Of a stretch of DNA of 64,000 nt, positions 43,094 to 52,607 are shown in pieces. This DNA is from an uncultured Clostridia bacterium (GTDB lineage: Bacteria; Bacillota; Clostridia; Christensenellales; UBA1242), in NCBI GenBank assembly GCA_930971385.1, contig CAKNGB010000001.1, forward strand, positions 263,683 through 327,682, read 5' to 3'. A model generated the notes under the pieces. That model made no database searches and had not been told where the DNA came from. It worked only from the letters and a program-made list of their open reading frames with translations. The position numbers and the translations under genes are program-made. Position 1 is the first letter of the stretch, and every line of letters starts with the position of its first letter.

Positions 43094-44635
43094 ATGAATT
43101 TTGAACAAGAATTTAGAAATCATTTTGGAGACAGATTTTCCGATTTATATTTAAAAAGTGTTGTGGTTAGTGAGAGCGACAATCTCTGCACCATAACTTT
43201 TTTATATCCATCTAAAGATGAAAATTTGACAGAGGAAGAAAAAGAAGAAATTATCAATTTTATTTCTGACCTTTTAAAACTTGAGCAATTTAAACTTAAA
43301 GTGAAGTTTTTAAAAGCGTATGTGGAAGAAAAACTTATTCGTAAAAGCATAAGCCAATTTTTTGAGGATAAATTTAAACTTTTAAACACCTATATTCACG
43401 ATGAGGACATCGGTGTGCAGATTTCCAATATCGATGTTTTGGTGAATATTAAGGTCAGCCCAAGAATTGCAGAGTTTTTTGCGGAAAATAAAGTTTCCGC
43501 ACAACTATCTTCGTTTTTAAAAGACAATTACCTTGTTGAATTTAACATTAATTTGGAGAAATGCGAAGATAAAATTGAAGAAGTGGACCTTGAAAGTGTG
43601 CCACTTAAAACAAGCGCGCGCAGAGTGCAAAGGTATGGTGTTCAAATTATAAAAGAAGTGGTTGGCAAAGATATTCCACCAAACCCTGAATATATTTCAT
43701 ATATAACCTCGCCAAAAAATGCCGTTATTGTTGCTGGCTATATCTCAAACTTAGCAAGGCGAGATTTCACCATTAAAAAAGGCGTTCGTGCAGGTCAGCA
43801 AAAGGCGTATTTCACTTTTAATATTTGCGATGGCAAAGGAAAGTTGGACTGCCTCTATTTTTGCCCAAAACGCTATGAAAAAGATTTGGAAGCGTTGGAA
43901 GAAAATATGTTTTTGCTTTTGCACGGCGATGTGAAATTTGGGCTTAATTCTAATAAACTTGTTTTGTATGTTGATAAAATCGCCTTGGCAAGTGAGGAAG
44001 AAGGCGAAACTCTTTTGGATGATGAAAAAGAGGAAGAAAATTTTAAGGAAGTGGAAATTGAAAAATTAAGCGCTACCGAGCAGGACAGTATGTTTGGGCG
44101 AGTGGTGAAATATAATCAAAAAATAATGACTCACACTTTTGTGGTTTTCGACCTTGAAACCACTGGTTTGAACACCGATTTAGACCAAATCATCGAACTT
44201 GGCGCGGTGAAAATTGAAAACGGAAATATCGTGGAAAAATTTTCAACTTTTGTGAAACCTACAGTGGAAATTCCATACGAGGTGACAAGGCTGACGCACA
44301 TCACAAATGAAATGGTGGAGGAAGCGCCACCAGTTGAAGCGGTGATTGCAAAATTCTATGAATTCACTCGCGGTTGCGTTTTAAGTGGGCATAATGTTAT
44401 CAATTTCGATATTAAATTCATTAGGCGTTTCGGGCAAATGCAAAACTTAATTTTTGATAATGATGTTATCGACACGATGAACGAAGCCCGCGTTTCGCGT
44501 CTTAAAATTTCAAGATTTAATCTTGCAACTGTGACTAAGGCTTTGGGCATTGAACTTAAAGACGCGCACCGTGCTTGGAACGATGCCTTTGCAACAGCGC
44601 AAGTGCTTTTAAAACTAAATGAACTTGGCAGATAA
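43094..44635 (+). CDS. PolC-N-terminus-like protein: N-terminal domain + OB fold + DEDDh 3'-5' exonuclease, no PHP/polymerase part
   Basis: Exonuclease motifs are FVVFDLETTGL (44138-44170), SGHNVINFD and HRAWNDAFATAQ. An OB-like segment spans about 43720-43990. The ORF ends 38 nt before the rimP promoter. Confidence 0.75.
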   Translation: MNFEQEFRNHFGDRFSDLYLKSVVVSESDNLCTITFLYPSKDENLTEEEKEEIINFISDLLKLEQFKLKVKFLKAYVEEKLIRKSISQFFEDKFKLLNTYIHDEDIGVQISNIDVLVNIKVSPRIAEFFAENKVSAQLSSFLKDNYLVEFNINLEKCEDKIEEVDLESVPLKTSARRVQRYGVQIIKEVVGKDIPPNPEYISYITSPKNAVIVAGYISNLARRDFTIKKGVRAGQQKAYFTFNICDGKGKLDCLYFCPKRYEKDLEALEENMFLLLHGDVKFGLNSNKLVLYVDKIALASEEEGETLLDDEKEEENFKEVEIEKLSATEQDSMFGRVVKYNQKIMTHTFVVFDLETTGLNTDLDQIIELGAVKIENGNIVEKFSTFVKPTVEIPYEVTRLTHITNEMVEEAPPVEAVIAKFYEFTRGCVLSGHNVINFDIKFIRRFGQMQNLIFDNDVIDTMNEARVSRLKISRFNLATVTKALGIELKDAHRAWNDAFATAQVLLKLNELGR

Positions 44636-44672
44636 ATTTTTGTTAAAAATTTCAAAATATTGCTTAAAAGTG

Positions 44673-44701
44673 TTGCATTTTTTGTGAATATGCGATATAA
44701 T
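44673..44701 (+). promoter_or_regulatory. Sigma-A promoter of the rimP-nusA-infB operon
   Basis: TTGCAT (44673-44678), 17-nt spacer, TATAAT (44696-44701). Confidence 0.75.
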
Positions 44702-44720
44702 AAAGATATCTTGTGGCAGG

Positions 44721-44751
44721 GAGTGGGCAAATGTTTGCTCACTCTTTGTTG
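44721..44751 (+). terminator. Leader hairpin/attenuator upstream of rimP
   Basis: GAGTGGGCAAA..TTTGCTCACTC (11-bp arms) followed by TTTGTTG. Confidence 0.55.
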
Positions 44752-44776
44752 TAAAAGAGAGTTTTGGAGGTTTAAA

Positions 44777-45235
44777 TTGGCAAAAGTAAAACAAATTTGC
44801 GAAGAAAAATTACGCCCAGTGATTGAAGAAATGGGCTATGAACTTGTGGATGTTCAGTATGTTAAAGAATTCGACGGCATGAGTTTAATCTTCACAATCG
44901 ACAAAGAAGAAGGCGTGACAATTGACGACTGCGAAAAGGTCAACAAGGTTATTGACCCAATCATCGACGAACTTAATCCAACAAACGACGCACCTTTCAC
45001 GCTTGTGGTGTCCAGTCCCGGTCTTGACAGACCACTTAAAACCGAAAGAGATTTAAGAAGAAATTTAAATAAGGAAGTGACGCTGACACTTTTTGCAAAA
45101 CAAAATGGCAAAAAAGAATTTGAGGGTGTTTTGGAAGATTTTAGTGAAAAAACAGTCACTTTAAAAACTGAAAAAGAAACACTTACTTTTGACAGAGATA
45201 AAATCGCCAACATTAAATTGATTATTAAATTTTAA
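44777..45235 (+). CDS. rimP: Ribosome maturation factor RimP
   Basis: The TTG start at 44777 follows a GGAGG RBS. Strings are GYELVDVQY and VSSPGLDRPLK. Confidence 0.88.
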   Translation: MAKVKQICEEKLRPVIEEMGYELVDVQYVKEFDGMSLIFTIDKEEGVTIDDCEKVNKVIDPIIDELNPTNDAPFTLVVSSPGLDRPLKTERDLRRNLNKEVTLTLFAKQNGKKEFEGVLEDFSEKTVTLKTEKETLTFDRDKIANIKLIIKF

Positions 45236-45246
45236 GGAGTTAAAAA

Positions 45247-46407
45247 ATGGTAAATAAAGATTTTTTTAAGGCATTAGACGATTTAGAGGCAGAAAGAAAA
45301 ATTAACAAGGAAACTTTTATTGCAACGCTTGAAACTGCATTGACCTCGGCATACAAGAAGATGTATGGCGAAGCAAAAAGTGCCATGGTGAAATTGTATC
45401 CAGAAAGAAACACAATAAGAATTTTCTCTTACAAAACGGTTGTGGAAAATGTGGAAGACCCAGATAAAGAAATTTCTTTGGAAGAGGCAAGGCAAATCAA
45501 AAAATCCTATAAGGTTGGTGACATCGTTTCAGTGGAAGAAACAACTAAGGATTTTGGAAGAATTGCCGCACAAACCGCAAAACAAGTTGTTATGCAAAAA
45601 CTTCGCGAAATGGAACGCCAACAAGCAGCGGACGAACTCTCTGAAAAAGAGGATGAACTTTTAACCACAGTTGTTAAGCGTATTGACGACGACATCGTTT
45701 ATGTTCAAATTGCTGGAACTCACACCGAAGGCGTTTTAATGAAAAACGACCAAATTCCTGGCGACAAATTTCAAGTTGGCGACAGAGTTAAGGTTTATGT
45801 TAAGAAAATCAAAGATTCTTTCCGCGGGCCACAAGTGCAAGTTTCCAGAAGCAACATAGGTTTTGTTAGAAAACTTTTTGAACTTGAAATTCCTGAGATT
45901 GCAAGTGGTGATGTTAAAATTAAAAACATCGCACGCGAAGCAGGCATAAGAACCAAGGTGGCTGTTCAAGCAACAAGACCTAACCTTGACCCAGTTGGTG
46001 CTTGCGTGGGAAATAGAGGTGCAAGAATCAACACCATTGTTAACGAATTAAACGGCGAAAAAATTGACCTTGTGGAATATTCAGACGATCCACTTGAATA
46101 CATTGCAAGAGCGCTTAGCCCAGCAAAAGTGTTGTCGGTGGAAACTAACGACAGTTTGAATATGAGTCAGGTGATTGTTCCAGATGATAAACTTTCTCTT
46201 GCCATTGGTAAAAGTGGTGTGAATGTTCGTTTGGCTGCAAAACTCACTGGTTGGAAGATTGATGTTAAACCAGAAAGTTATGTTAAACCAGTGAAAGAGG
46301 AGAAAGAAACCGAATATGAACTTACCGAACTTGCCGATGATGACTCTTTCGACACCATGAGCGACCTTGATGAATTTGAAGAAATCAATGGAGATGATGA
46401 AAATTAA
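45247..46407 (+). CDS. nusA: Transcription termination/antitermination factor NusA
   Basis: S1 and KH domains (GACVGNRGARI, LAIGKSGVNVRLA) plus an acidic tail. Confidence 0.95.
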   Translation: MVNKDFFKALDDLEAERKINKETFIATLETALTSAYKKMYGEAKSAMVKLYPERNTIRIFSYKTVVENVEDPDKEISLEEARQIKKSYKVGDIVSVEETTKDFGRIAAQTAKQVVMQKLREMERQQAADELSEKEDELLTTVVKRIDDDIVYVQIAGTHTEGVLMKNDQIPGDKFQVGDRVKVYVKKIKDSFRGPQVQVSRSNIGFVRKLFELEIPEIASGDVKIKNIAREAGIRTKVAVQATRPNLDPVGACVGNRGARINTIVNELNGEKIDLVEYSDDPLEYIARALSPAKVLSVETNDSLNMSQVIVPDDKLSLAIGKSGVNVRLAAKLTGWKIDVKPESYVKPVKEEKETEYELTELADDDSFDTMSDLDEFEEINGDDEN

Positions 46408-46667
46408 TGCAAAAAGAAAGATTAAGAATGTGTATCGTTTGCCGAGAGCATAGCGACAAAAAAGAACTTCTTAGAATTGTGAAAAATAAAGATGGGCAGA
46501 TATTTGTGGATAAAACAGGCAAGGCTAATGGCAGAGGCGCATACGTCTGCAAGTCGAAAGAATGTTTAAACAAACTTAAAAAATCACGCGGACTTAACAG
46601 GGCATTTAAATGCGAAGTTAGCGATGATGTTTACAACATGATAGGAGAGGAAATTGAAAGATCTTAA
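46407..46667 (+). CDS. ylxR: YlxR/RnpM family RNA-binding protein (DUF448)
   Basis: Strings RMCIVCRE and GRGAYVC. Confidence 0.88.
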   Translation: MQKERLRMCIVCREHSDKKELLRIVKNKDGQIFVDKTGKANGRGAYVCKSKECLNKLKKSRGLNRAFKCEVSDDVYNMIGEEIERS

Positions 46668-46941
46668 AGGACTTTTAAACATAAGCCGAAAGGCTGGCTA
46701 TCTCATCATAGGCGGAGAAAACATTGAAAAACACACTCAAAAAATGTTTGTGATTGTGCTTGATGAAAAAAGTGGCAATTCACTTAAAAGAGAGATGGCT
46801 CATGTGGCAAACGAAAGAAACATTCCTCTTCTATTTGTTCAAGATCTTGAAAAGTTAATTGGAATTGAAAATTGTAAGGCGGTGGCGCTTAAAAACAAGG
46901 CGCTTAGCGAGGAGATTATCAAAATCATAAAAGGAGAATAA
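46654..46941 (+). CDS. ylxQ: L7Ae-family RNA-binding protein YlxQ
   Basis: The TTG start follows AGGAGAGG. String LLNISRKAGYLIIGGENI. Confidence 0.8.
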   Translation: MKDLKGLLNISRKAGYLIIGGENIEKHTQKMFVIVLDEKSGNSLKREMAHVANERNIPLLFVQDLEKLIGIENCKAVALKNKALSEEIIKIIKGE

Positions 46942-46942
46942 T

Positions 46943-49411
46943 TTGGCTAATCAACAATTAAATGGACTTAAATCAATAAACAACATTCAAAGAGACGGCT
47001 CTTTGCAGAATTTATTATTGTCAATTAAAGATGCAAAGGTGCAAGTGGACGCTTTTTCAAGAAGTCTTCAACAAAAGAAGTCGGAATTGCAACAAAAAGC
47101 AAAGGAAGAAGAAAAGAGAAAAATTGAAGAAGCGAAAAAAGAAGAAGTTAAGGTTGTAGAAAAGATAGTGGAGGCTGATAAGCCTAAAATTCAAACCAAC
47201 ACTCAAACTTCTTTCCAACAAAACAAGCAAAGTGGCAATAATTATAGAAAATTTGATAATCAAAAAACCAACAACTTCGCGAAAAAACCTCCTTTCAACA
47301 AGCAACAACAAGTTGGAAACAAATTTCAGGGGAACAACAAATTCCAAGGAAGTAATAAATTTGGACAAAACAACCAAAAATCTTTTGTTTCCACAAAAGC
47401 CAACAACTTCAAAAGTTTTGCGCCAACGGAAAGCAGTGCTGTGCTTGCCACTCCTGAACGCAATTTTGGAAATAAAAATAAGCGTAGAAATGTTGAAGAA
47501 AACAAAAAGCCAAAGCAAAAACAATCTTTTGAAAAGCATGGCGGAAATAACAATAACATCTATGTTTTGGGCGATGAGGGGTTTGAAGAGACAACAATGG
47601 GTTCAAGAAAACTCATCAAAAAGAAAAAAGAAGTTCAAACTGTTATCGCTCCAAAAATCACTCATGCCGTTTTAACTTCGCGTGAGATAACCATTAAAGA
47701 GTTAAGCGAAAAGATAGGCAAACCAGTTGCTGAGATTGTTAAAAAATGTATGCTTTTGGGAATTATGGCAACCATTAATAGCACCATCGATTTTGACACT
47801 TGCGAACTTATCTGCTCCGATTTTGGCATTACACTTGAACTTAAACTTGACAAAAGTTTTGAAGAAAAACTTATGGATTCCGCACAAGAGGATGACGAAA
47901 AAGATTTGGTTAAACGACCACCAGTTGTCACTGTTATGGGGCATGTTGACCATGGTAAAACCTCTCTTCTTGACGCTTTCAGAAAAACCAATGTGGTTTT
48001 GGGTGAAGCGGGCGGAATTACGCAAAAAATTGGTGCTTATCAAATCACTTTTAACAACGAGAAAATCACTTTTATCGACACCCCGGGGCATGCTGCATTT
48101 ACTGCTATGCGTGCGCGTGGAGCGGAAGTCACTGACATTGCCATTTTGGTTGTGGCAGCGGATGACGGCATCATGCCACAAACAGTGGAAGCTATTAATC
48201 ACATTAAAGCGGCAAAAGTGCCAATGATTGTGGCTATCAACAAAATGGATAAGCCAGAGGCGAACCCAGACCGCGTGAAACAACAACTAACTGAATATGG
48301 TATTTTGCCAGAAGAGTGGGGTGGAGATGCAATTTGCGTGCCAATTTCTGCTAAAACTGGCATGGGTCTTGAAGAACTTAAGAAGATGATTTTGCTTGTT
48401 GCTGAAATGGAAGATTTAAAGGCAAATCCAAACAAAAAAGCAACTGGCGTGGTGATTGAAGCGGAACTTGATAAGGCAAGAGGTCCTGTTGCCACCGTGC
48501 TTGTTCAAAATGGCACTCTTAAGATTGGTGACTCCATCATCTGCGGAATTACCTATGGCAAAGTTAAAGCAATGTTCGACGAAAATGGTAAACCTGTTAA
48601 AAAAGCACCACCTTCAACTCCAGTGGCTGTTATGGGCTTTAATGAAGTGCCATCTTCTGGCGACCAAGTGTTTGCAGTTGATGACTCGCTTTCCAAACAA
48701 GTCATCAATGAAAGAATAAACAAAATTAAGGCGGAACGCGCAAAACAAACTTCTGGTGTTTCGGCAGACGACTTTATGAGCAGAATTCATGAAGGAAGTT
48801 TGAAAAATCTTAACATAATCATCAAAGCAGACACGCAAGGTTCGGTGGAAGCATTGAGAAATTCTTTGGAAGCAATAAGAAATGAGGAAGTCAAAGTTGT
48901 CACCATTCACAGCGGAGCGGGCGCAATAAGTGAAAGCGACTTGATTTTGGCGCAAACAACTGGTGCAACTGTGATTGCTTTCAACATTAAAACACCAGCA
49001 AAAACAAAGCAACTTGCCGACTCACTTAAAGTGGAAATTATTGAAAGCAAGATTATTTACGAAGTTGTGGACATCATCACCAAGATGAGCAAAGGCATGA
49101 TGACTGTGAAATATGAGGAAAAATATATTGGAACGGCGGAGATTCGTGCGGTGTTCAAACTTTCCTCTGCTGGCAAGATTGCAGGAAGTTATGTGACCGA
49201 TGGCAAAATTGCACGTAATGCTATTGCCAAAATAAAACGCAACGGCGAAATCGTTTGCGAAACAAGTGTGGAGTCGCTTAGAATTGTTAAGGATGAAAAA
49301 GCAGAAGTTGCAAAAGGCTTCGAGTGTGGCGTGAAATTTAAAGATAATTTTGACATTCAAGAAGGCGATGTGGTAGAATATTTTGTGAAAGAGGAGGTAA
49401 AAAGAGATTAG
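46943..49411 (+). CDS. infB: Translation initiation factor IF-2
   Basis: The TTG start follows AAAGGAG. G-domain motifs are GHVDHGKTS and DTPGHAAF. The N-terminal region is K/Q/N-rich. Confidence 0.95.
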   Translation: MANQQLNGLKSINNIQRDGSLQNLLLSIKDAKVQVDAFSRSLQQKKSELQQKAKEEEKRKIEEAKKEEVKVVEKIVEADKPKIQTNTQTSFQQNKQSGNNYRKFDNQKTNNFAKKPPFNKQQQVGNKFQGNNKFQGSNKFGQNNQKSFVSTKANNFKSFAPTESSAVLATPERNFGNKNKRRNVEENKKPKQKQSFEKHGGNNNNIYVLGDEGFEETTMGSRKLIKKKKEVQTVIAPKITHAVLTSREITIKELSEKIGKPVAEIVKKCMLLGIMATINSTIDFDTCELICSDFGITLELKLDKSFEEKLMDSAQEDDEKDLVKRPPVVTVMGHVDHGKTSLLDAFRKTNVVLGEAGGITQKIGAYQITFNNEKITFIDTPGHAAFTAMRARGAEVTDIAILVVAADDGIMPQTVEAINHIKAAKVPMIVAINKMDKPEANPDRVKQQLTEYGILPEEWGGDAICVPISAKTGMGLEELKKMILLVAEMEDLKANPNKKATGVVIEAELDKARGPVATVLVQNGTLKIGDSIICGITYGKVKAMFDENGKPVKKAPPSTPVAVMGFNEVPSSGDQVFAVDDSLSKQVINERINKIKAERAKQTSGVSADDFMSRIHEGSLKNLNIIIKADTQGSVEALRNSLEAIRNEEVKVVTIHSGAGAISESDLILAQTTGATVIAFNIKTPAKTKQLADSLKVEIIESKIIYEVVDIITKMSKGMMTVKYEEKYIGTAEIRAVFKLSSAGKIAGSYVTDGKIARNAIAKIKRNGEIVCETSVESLRIVKDEKAEVAKGFECGVKFKDNFDIQEGDVVEYFVKEEVKRD

Positions 49412-49429
49412 ATAATTAATCTCTTTTTT
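49403..49429 (+). terminator. Hairpin overlapping the infB stop
   Basis: AGAGATTA-GATAAT-TAATCTCT followed by T5. Confidence 0.6.
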
Positions 49430-49494
49430 ACAATTAATTGTTTTTTAAATTAATGGTGCAAATCTTTTAAATTTTATCTATATAGGAGGATAAT

Positions 49495-49854
49495 ATGTCG
49501 AATAGACGAGAAAGAGCAAACAGCGAAATTCAAAAGTGTTTAATTGAAATTATTCAGCACAAAATGAATGACCCGCGATTAAATAAAGTTATCAGCGTGA
49601 CCGATGTGAATGTCAGCCCTGATTTTAAGTATTGCAAAGTGAAAATCAGCGTGCTTGATGTGAACGATATCAAAAATGTCACCAATGTTTTGCAAAAGTC
49701 TGAGGGTTTCATCAAACGCGAACTTAAAGACATGATTGACCTTCCTTTCATGCCAAAGTTTAAGTTTGAAGTGGATAAAGGTGCAATCAGCACGCTTAGA
49801 GTGGAAGAAATTTTGAGAACGCTCGACATTCCTGCGGAGGAAGAGGATGACTAG
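49495..49854 (+). CDS. rbfA: Ribosome-binding factor A
   Basis: It starts RRERANSEIQKCLIEII and contains DPRL. 119 aa. Confidence 0.9.
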   Translation: MSNRRERANSEIQKCLIEIIQHKMNDPRLNKVISVTDVNVSPDFKYCKVKISVLDVNDIKNVTNVLQKSEGFIKRELKDMIDLPFMPKFKFEVDKGAISTLRVEEILRTLDIPAEEEDD

Positions 49855-50800
49855 TAAGGAAATAAAAAAACTGATAACATCTGCGAAAAATGTGGCAATA
49901 TTTGGGCATCAAAATCCTGATTTAGATTGCTTTGGTGCGCTTTTTGGCGCAAAATATTTGTGTGAAAAGTTGGGCGCAAAGGCGACGATTTTTTCCAATC
50001 CTCCAAAAAATTCCTTCCTTTTGAATATTTTTGACGGAAAAGAAATTGAAAGCGAATTTTTTTCTGAAAACTTTGACCTTGTCATCATCTTGGATTGCAA
50101 TCTTTTTTCAAGGCTAGAGGAAAAATATCGCGAGGAAGTTAAAAAAATAAATAATATTTTGGTTATTGACCACCATCCACAAGTGGAAGTTGAAAACGGA
50201 TGCAAATTTTTAATCGATAAAAATAAAAGTTCGGCAAGTTTAATCATTCTTGAAATTTTAAACGAGTTAAAAATACCTCTCACGAAAGAGGTGGCAACAT
50301 ATATCTATGCTGGCGTTGTGGGTGACACTGGCAGATTTTTGCACACAAACACCGATGTTGCAACTTTCGAGGGCGCGATTGCACTTTTGAAATCTGGCGC
50401 GGACATCCAAAAAGTTTATGATGTTGTGTATCGCAGTAAAACTTTAACGCAAATCAAAATTCGCGACTACCTTTTTTCTATCTACAAACTTTCGCCAAAA
50501 AATGTTTGCTATCTTGTGATTTCAAAAAAAATGTTGGAAAAAGTTGGTGGCTCGGTTGAGGATGTTAAACTTTTCATTGACGACTTAAATCAAATTAAAG
50601 AGTTCAATGTTGTGATGATGGCGTATGAGATTGAGAACGAAAACTATAAGGTTAGTTGTCGCTCCAAAAACGGCTATGAAGTTGCAGGCGTTGCTGTGCG
50701 TCATGGTGGTGGAGGTCACAAAATGGCGGCTGGTTTTTCGCTTAAAGGAAGTGTGAAGCAAGTGGAAAAAGCGCTAGAAAAAATCAGCGAGGAGTTTTGA
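49847..50800 (+). CDS. nrnA: DHH/DHHA1 phosphoesterase (NrnA-type nanoRNase/pAp phosphatase)
   Basis: Strings GHQNPDLDCFG, IDHH and GGGHKMAAG. Confidence 0.85.
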   Translation: MTSKEIKKLITSAKNVAIFGHQNPDLDCFGALFGAKYLCEKLGAKATIFSNPPKNSFLLNIFDGKEIESEFFSENFDLVIILDCNLFSRLEEKYREEVKKINNILVIDHHPQVEVENGCKFLIDKNKSSASLIILEILNELKIPLTKEVATYIYAGVVGDTGRFLHTNTDVATFEGAIALLKSGADIQKVYDVVYRSKTLTQIKIRDYLFSIYKLSPKNVCYLVISKKMLEKVGGSVEDVKLFIDDLNQIKEFNVVMMAYEIENENYKVSCRSKNGYEVAGVAVRHGGGGHKMAAGFSLKGSVKQVEKALEKISEEF

Positions 50801-51645
50801 TGGAAAGCGGAATTGTTTTAGTGAATAAACCTAAGGGAATTTCGTCGAACAAGGTTGTTAACATTGTGAAGCACGCGTTAAAAGCCAAAAAATGTGGTCA
50901 TCTTGGCACGCTTGATTTGGAAGGCGAAGGTTTACTTCCAGTCACTGTGAACAAAGGCACAAAACTTTTCGACTTTTTTCTTCAAAAGGATAAAACCTAT
51001 GAGGCTAATTTTGTTTTTGGAATTGAAACTGACACGCTTGACACTTCTGGCAAAGTCATGAAAGTTAAAGAGGTAAATTTCACATATTCTGAACTTGAAA
51101 ATGCGGTTAAAGGTATGATTGGAAAATATGCTCAAATGCCACCACAATACTCTGCCAAAAAAGTGAACGGCAAAGTGGGGTATAAAGAGGCGCGAAAGGG
51201 TGGCACTCTTAACCTATCACCAAAAGAGGTGGAAATTTACGATTTCAAAATTTTGGGCGAGGTTGAAAAGAATATATATCGCTTTGAAATCTCTTGTTCA
51301 AGTGGAACTTACATTCGTTCGATTGCGCGCGACCTTGCATACCACCTCGGAACATATGGTAGTATGCAATGCATACTACGCACAAGATGTGGTGTGTTCT
51401 GCCTTAAGGACGCATATTCGCTTGATGAGATTGAAAGTGGAAATTTTAAAGTTATTCCTTGTGACAGCGTGTTTAATTTACCTAAAATCTCATTAAGTGA
51501 AAAAGGAAATTTTAAAATCTTAAATGGTCAAATTTTAGATATCAGCGAAAAAGACGGCGAATATAAACTCTATTTTGGCGAAAAATTTTTGGGTATTGGC
51601 GAAGTGATGAGCGCTAAACTTAAAATGAAATTGAATTTAACATAA
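50797..51645 (+). CDS. truB: tRNA pseudouridine(55) synthase
   Basis: Strings GILLVNKPKGISS-like, GHLGTLD and SSGTYIRS. Confidence 0.93.
   Translation: MMESGIVLVNKPKGISSNKVVNIVKHALKAKKCGHLGTLDLEGEGLLPVTVNKGTKLFDFFLQKDKTYEANFVFGIETDTLDTSGKVMKVKEVNFTYSELENAVKGMIGKYAQMPPQYSAKKVNGKVGYKEARKGGTLNLSPKEVEIYDFKILGEVEKNIYRFEISCSSGTYIRSIARDLAYHLGTYGSMQCILRTRCGVFCLKDAYSLDEIESGNFKVIPCDSVFNLPKISLSEKGNFKILNGQILDISEKDGEYKLYFGEKFLGIGEVMSAKLKMKLNLT
51333..51396. repeat. Copy (d): repeat-family sequence embedded in the truB coding region
   Basis: Perfect 10-1-10 palindrome GTAGTATGCA-A-TGCATACTAC (51359-51379). It is flanked by CCTTGCATAC (51333-51342) and CACAAGATGTGGTGTG (51381-51396), which match parts of copies (b), (c) and (e). 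Confidence 0.65.
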
Positions 51646-51654
51646 GGAGAAAAT

Positions 51655-52530
51655 ATGGGAAAAATTTTGTTCGGTCCTGCAGGAAACAGCGAGTCGTTTT
51701 TTAATGAAGGTCACACTTCCACAATGGAAGCGCCAAGTTGGACGAAAGCAAAAGGCTTAGATTTATTTGAATATAGTTTTGGACAAGGTTATCGAATGTC
51801 GTCTGAAACGGCGGTAAAAATTGGCGATGAATTTGTTAAAAATGGCATTGAACTTTCCGTTCATGCGCCATATTTCATCAACTTTGCCAATCCTGACGAG
51901 GAGATGTTCGCAAAGTCGGTTGGATATTTAACAACTGGCATAAAATTTTTGAAAAACTTAAAAGCAAACCGATTAATTTTTCATCCAGCATCTTGTGGAA
52001 AGTTAACGCGTGAAGAGGCAGTTTCGCTTTTAATGAACCGCTTTAAAGAAATTTTGCCAACACTTGAAGAGGAACTTGGCGACACGCTGTATCTTTGCCC
52101 TGAAACCATGGGGAAAACCATGCAGATTGGAACATATAAAGAAATCATCGACCTATGCACGCTTTCTAAACGCCTTCTTCCAACATTCGACTTTGGGCAT
52201 ATCAACGCACTCACGCAAGGCTCTTTAAAGACAAAGGATGACTATAAAAAGATTTTCGACTATGCATTTGTTAAGTTGGGCGAAGAGCGAACAAAAATTT
52301 CTCACATCCATTTTTCCAAAATTCAATACGGCACTAAGGGCGAAATAAGGCACCTCACTTTTGCCGACGAAGTTTATGGACCGCGCTTTGAAGATTTGGT
52401 GGATGTTTTAATCGACTATGATCTATCTTGCCATGTTATTTGCGAGTCGGCTGGCACTATGGCAGAAGACAGCGTTACAATGAAAGAAATCTATCTAAAA
52501 TCGCTAGAAAATCGAAAGAAAGCGAAATAA
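51655..52530 (+). CDS. Endonuclease IV-like (AP endonuclease family 2) TIM-barrel protein
   Basis: Strings LSVHAPYFINFANPD, IFHP, CPETMG and FDFGHINA are consistent with a xylose-isomerase-like/Nfo-type metal-binding barrel. Confidence 0.6.
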   Translation: MGKILFGPAGNSESFFNEGHTSTMEAPSWTKAKGLDLFEYSFGQGYRMSSETAVKIGDEFVKNGIELSVHAPYFINFANPDEEMFAKSVGYLTTGIKFLKNLKANRLIFHPASCGKLTREEAVSLLMNRFKEILPTLEEELGDTLYLCPETMGKTMQIGTYKEIIDLCTLSKRLLPTFDFGHINALTQGSLKTKDDYKKIFDYAFVKLGEERTKISHIHFSKIQYGTKGEIRHLTFADEVYGPRFEDLVDVLIDYDLSCHVICESAGTMAEDSVTMKEIYLKSLENRKKAK

Positions 52531-52545
52531 ATGCGCAAAAAACAC

Positions 52546-52574
52546 TTGCCAAGGCGCGTTTAATATGATATAAT
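52546..52574 (+). promoter_or_regulatory. Sigma-A promoter for efp
   Basis: TTGCCA (52546-52551), 17-nt spacer, TATAAT (52569-52574). Confidence 0.7.
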
Positions 52575-52607
52575 AACAAAAGTTAAATTTTATATATAGG
52601 AGAAATT

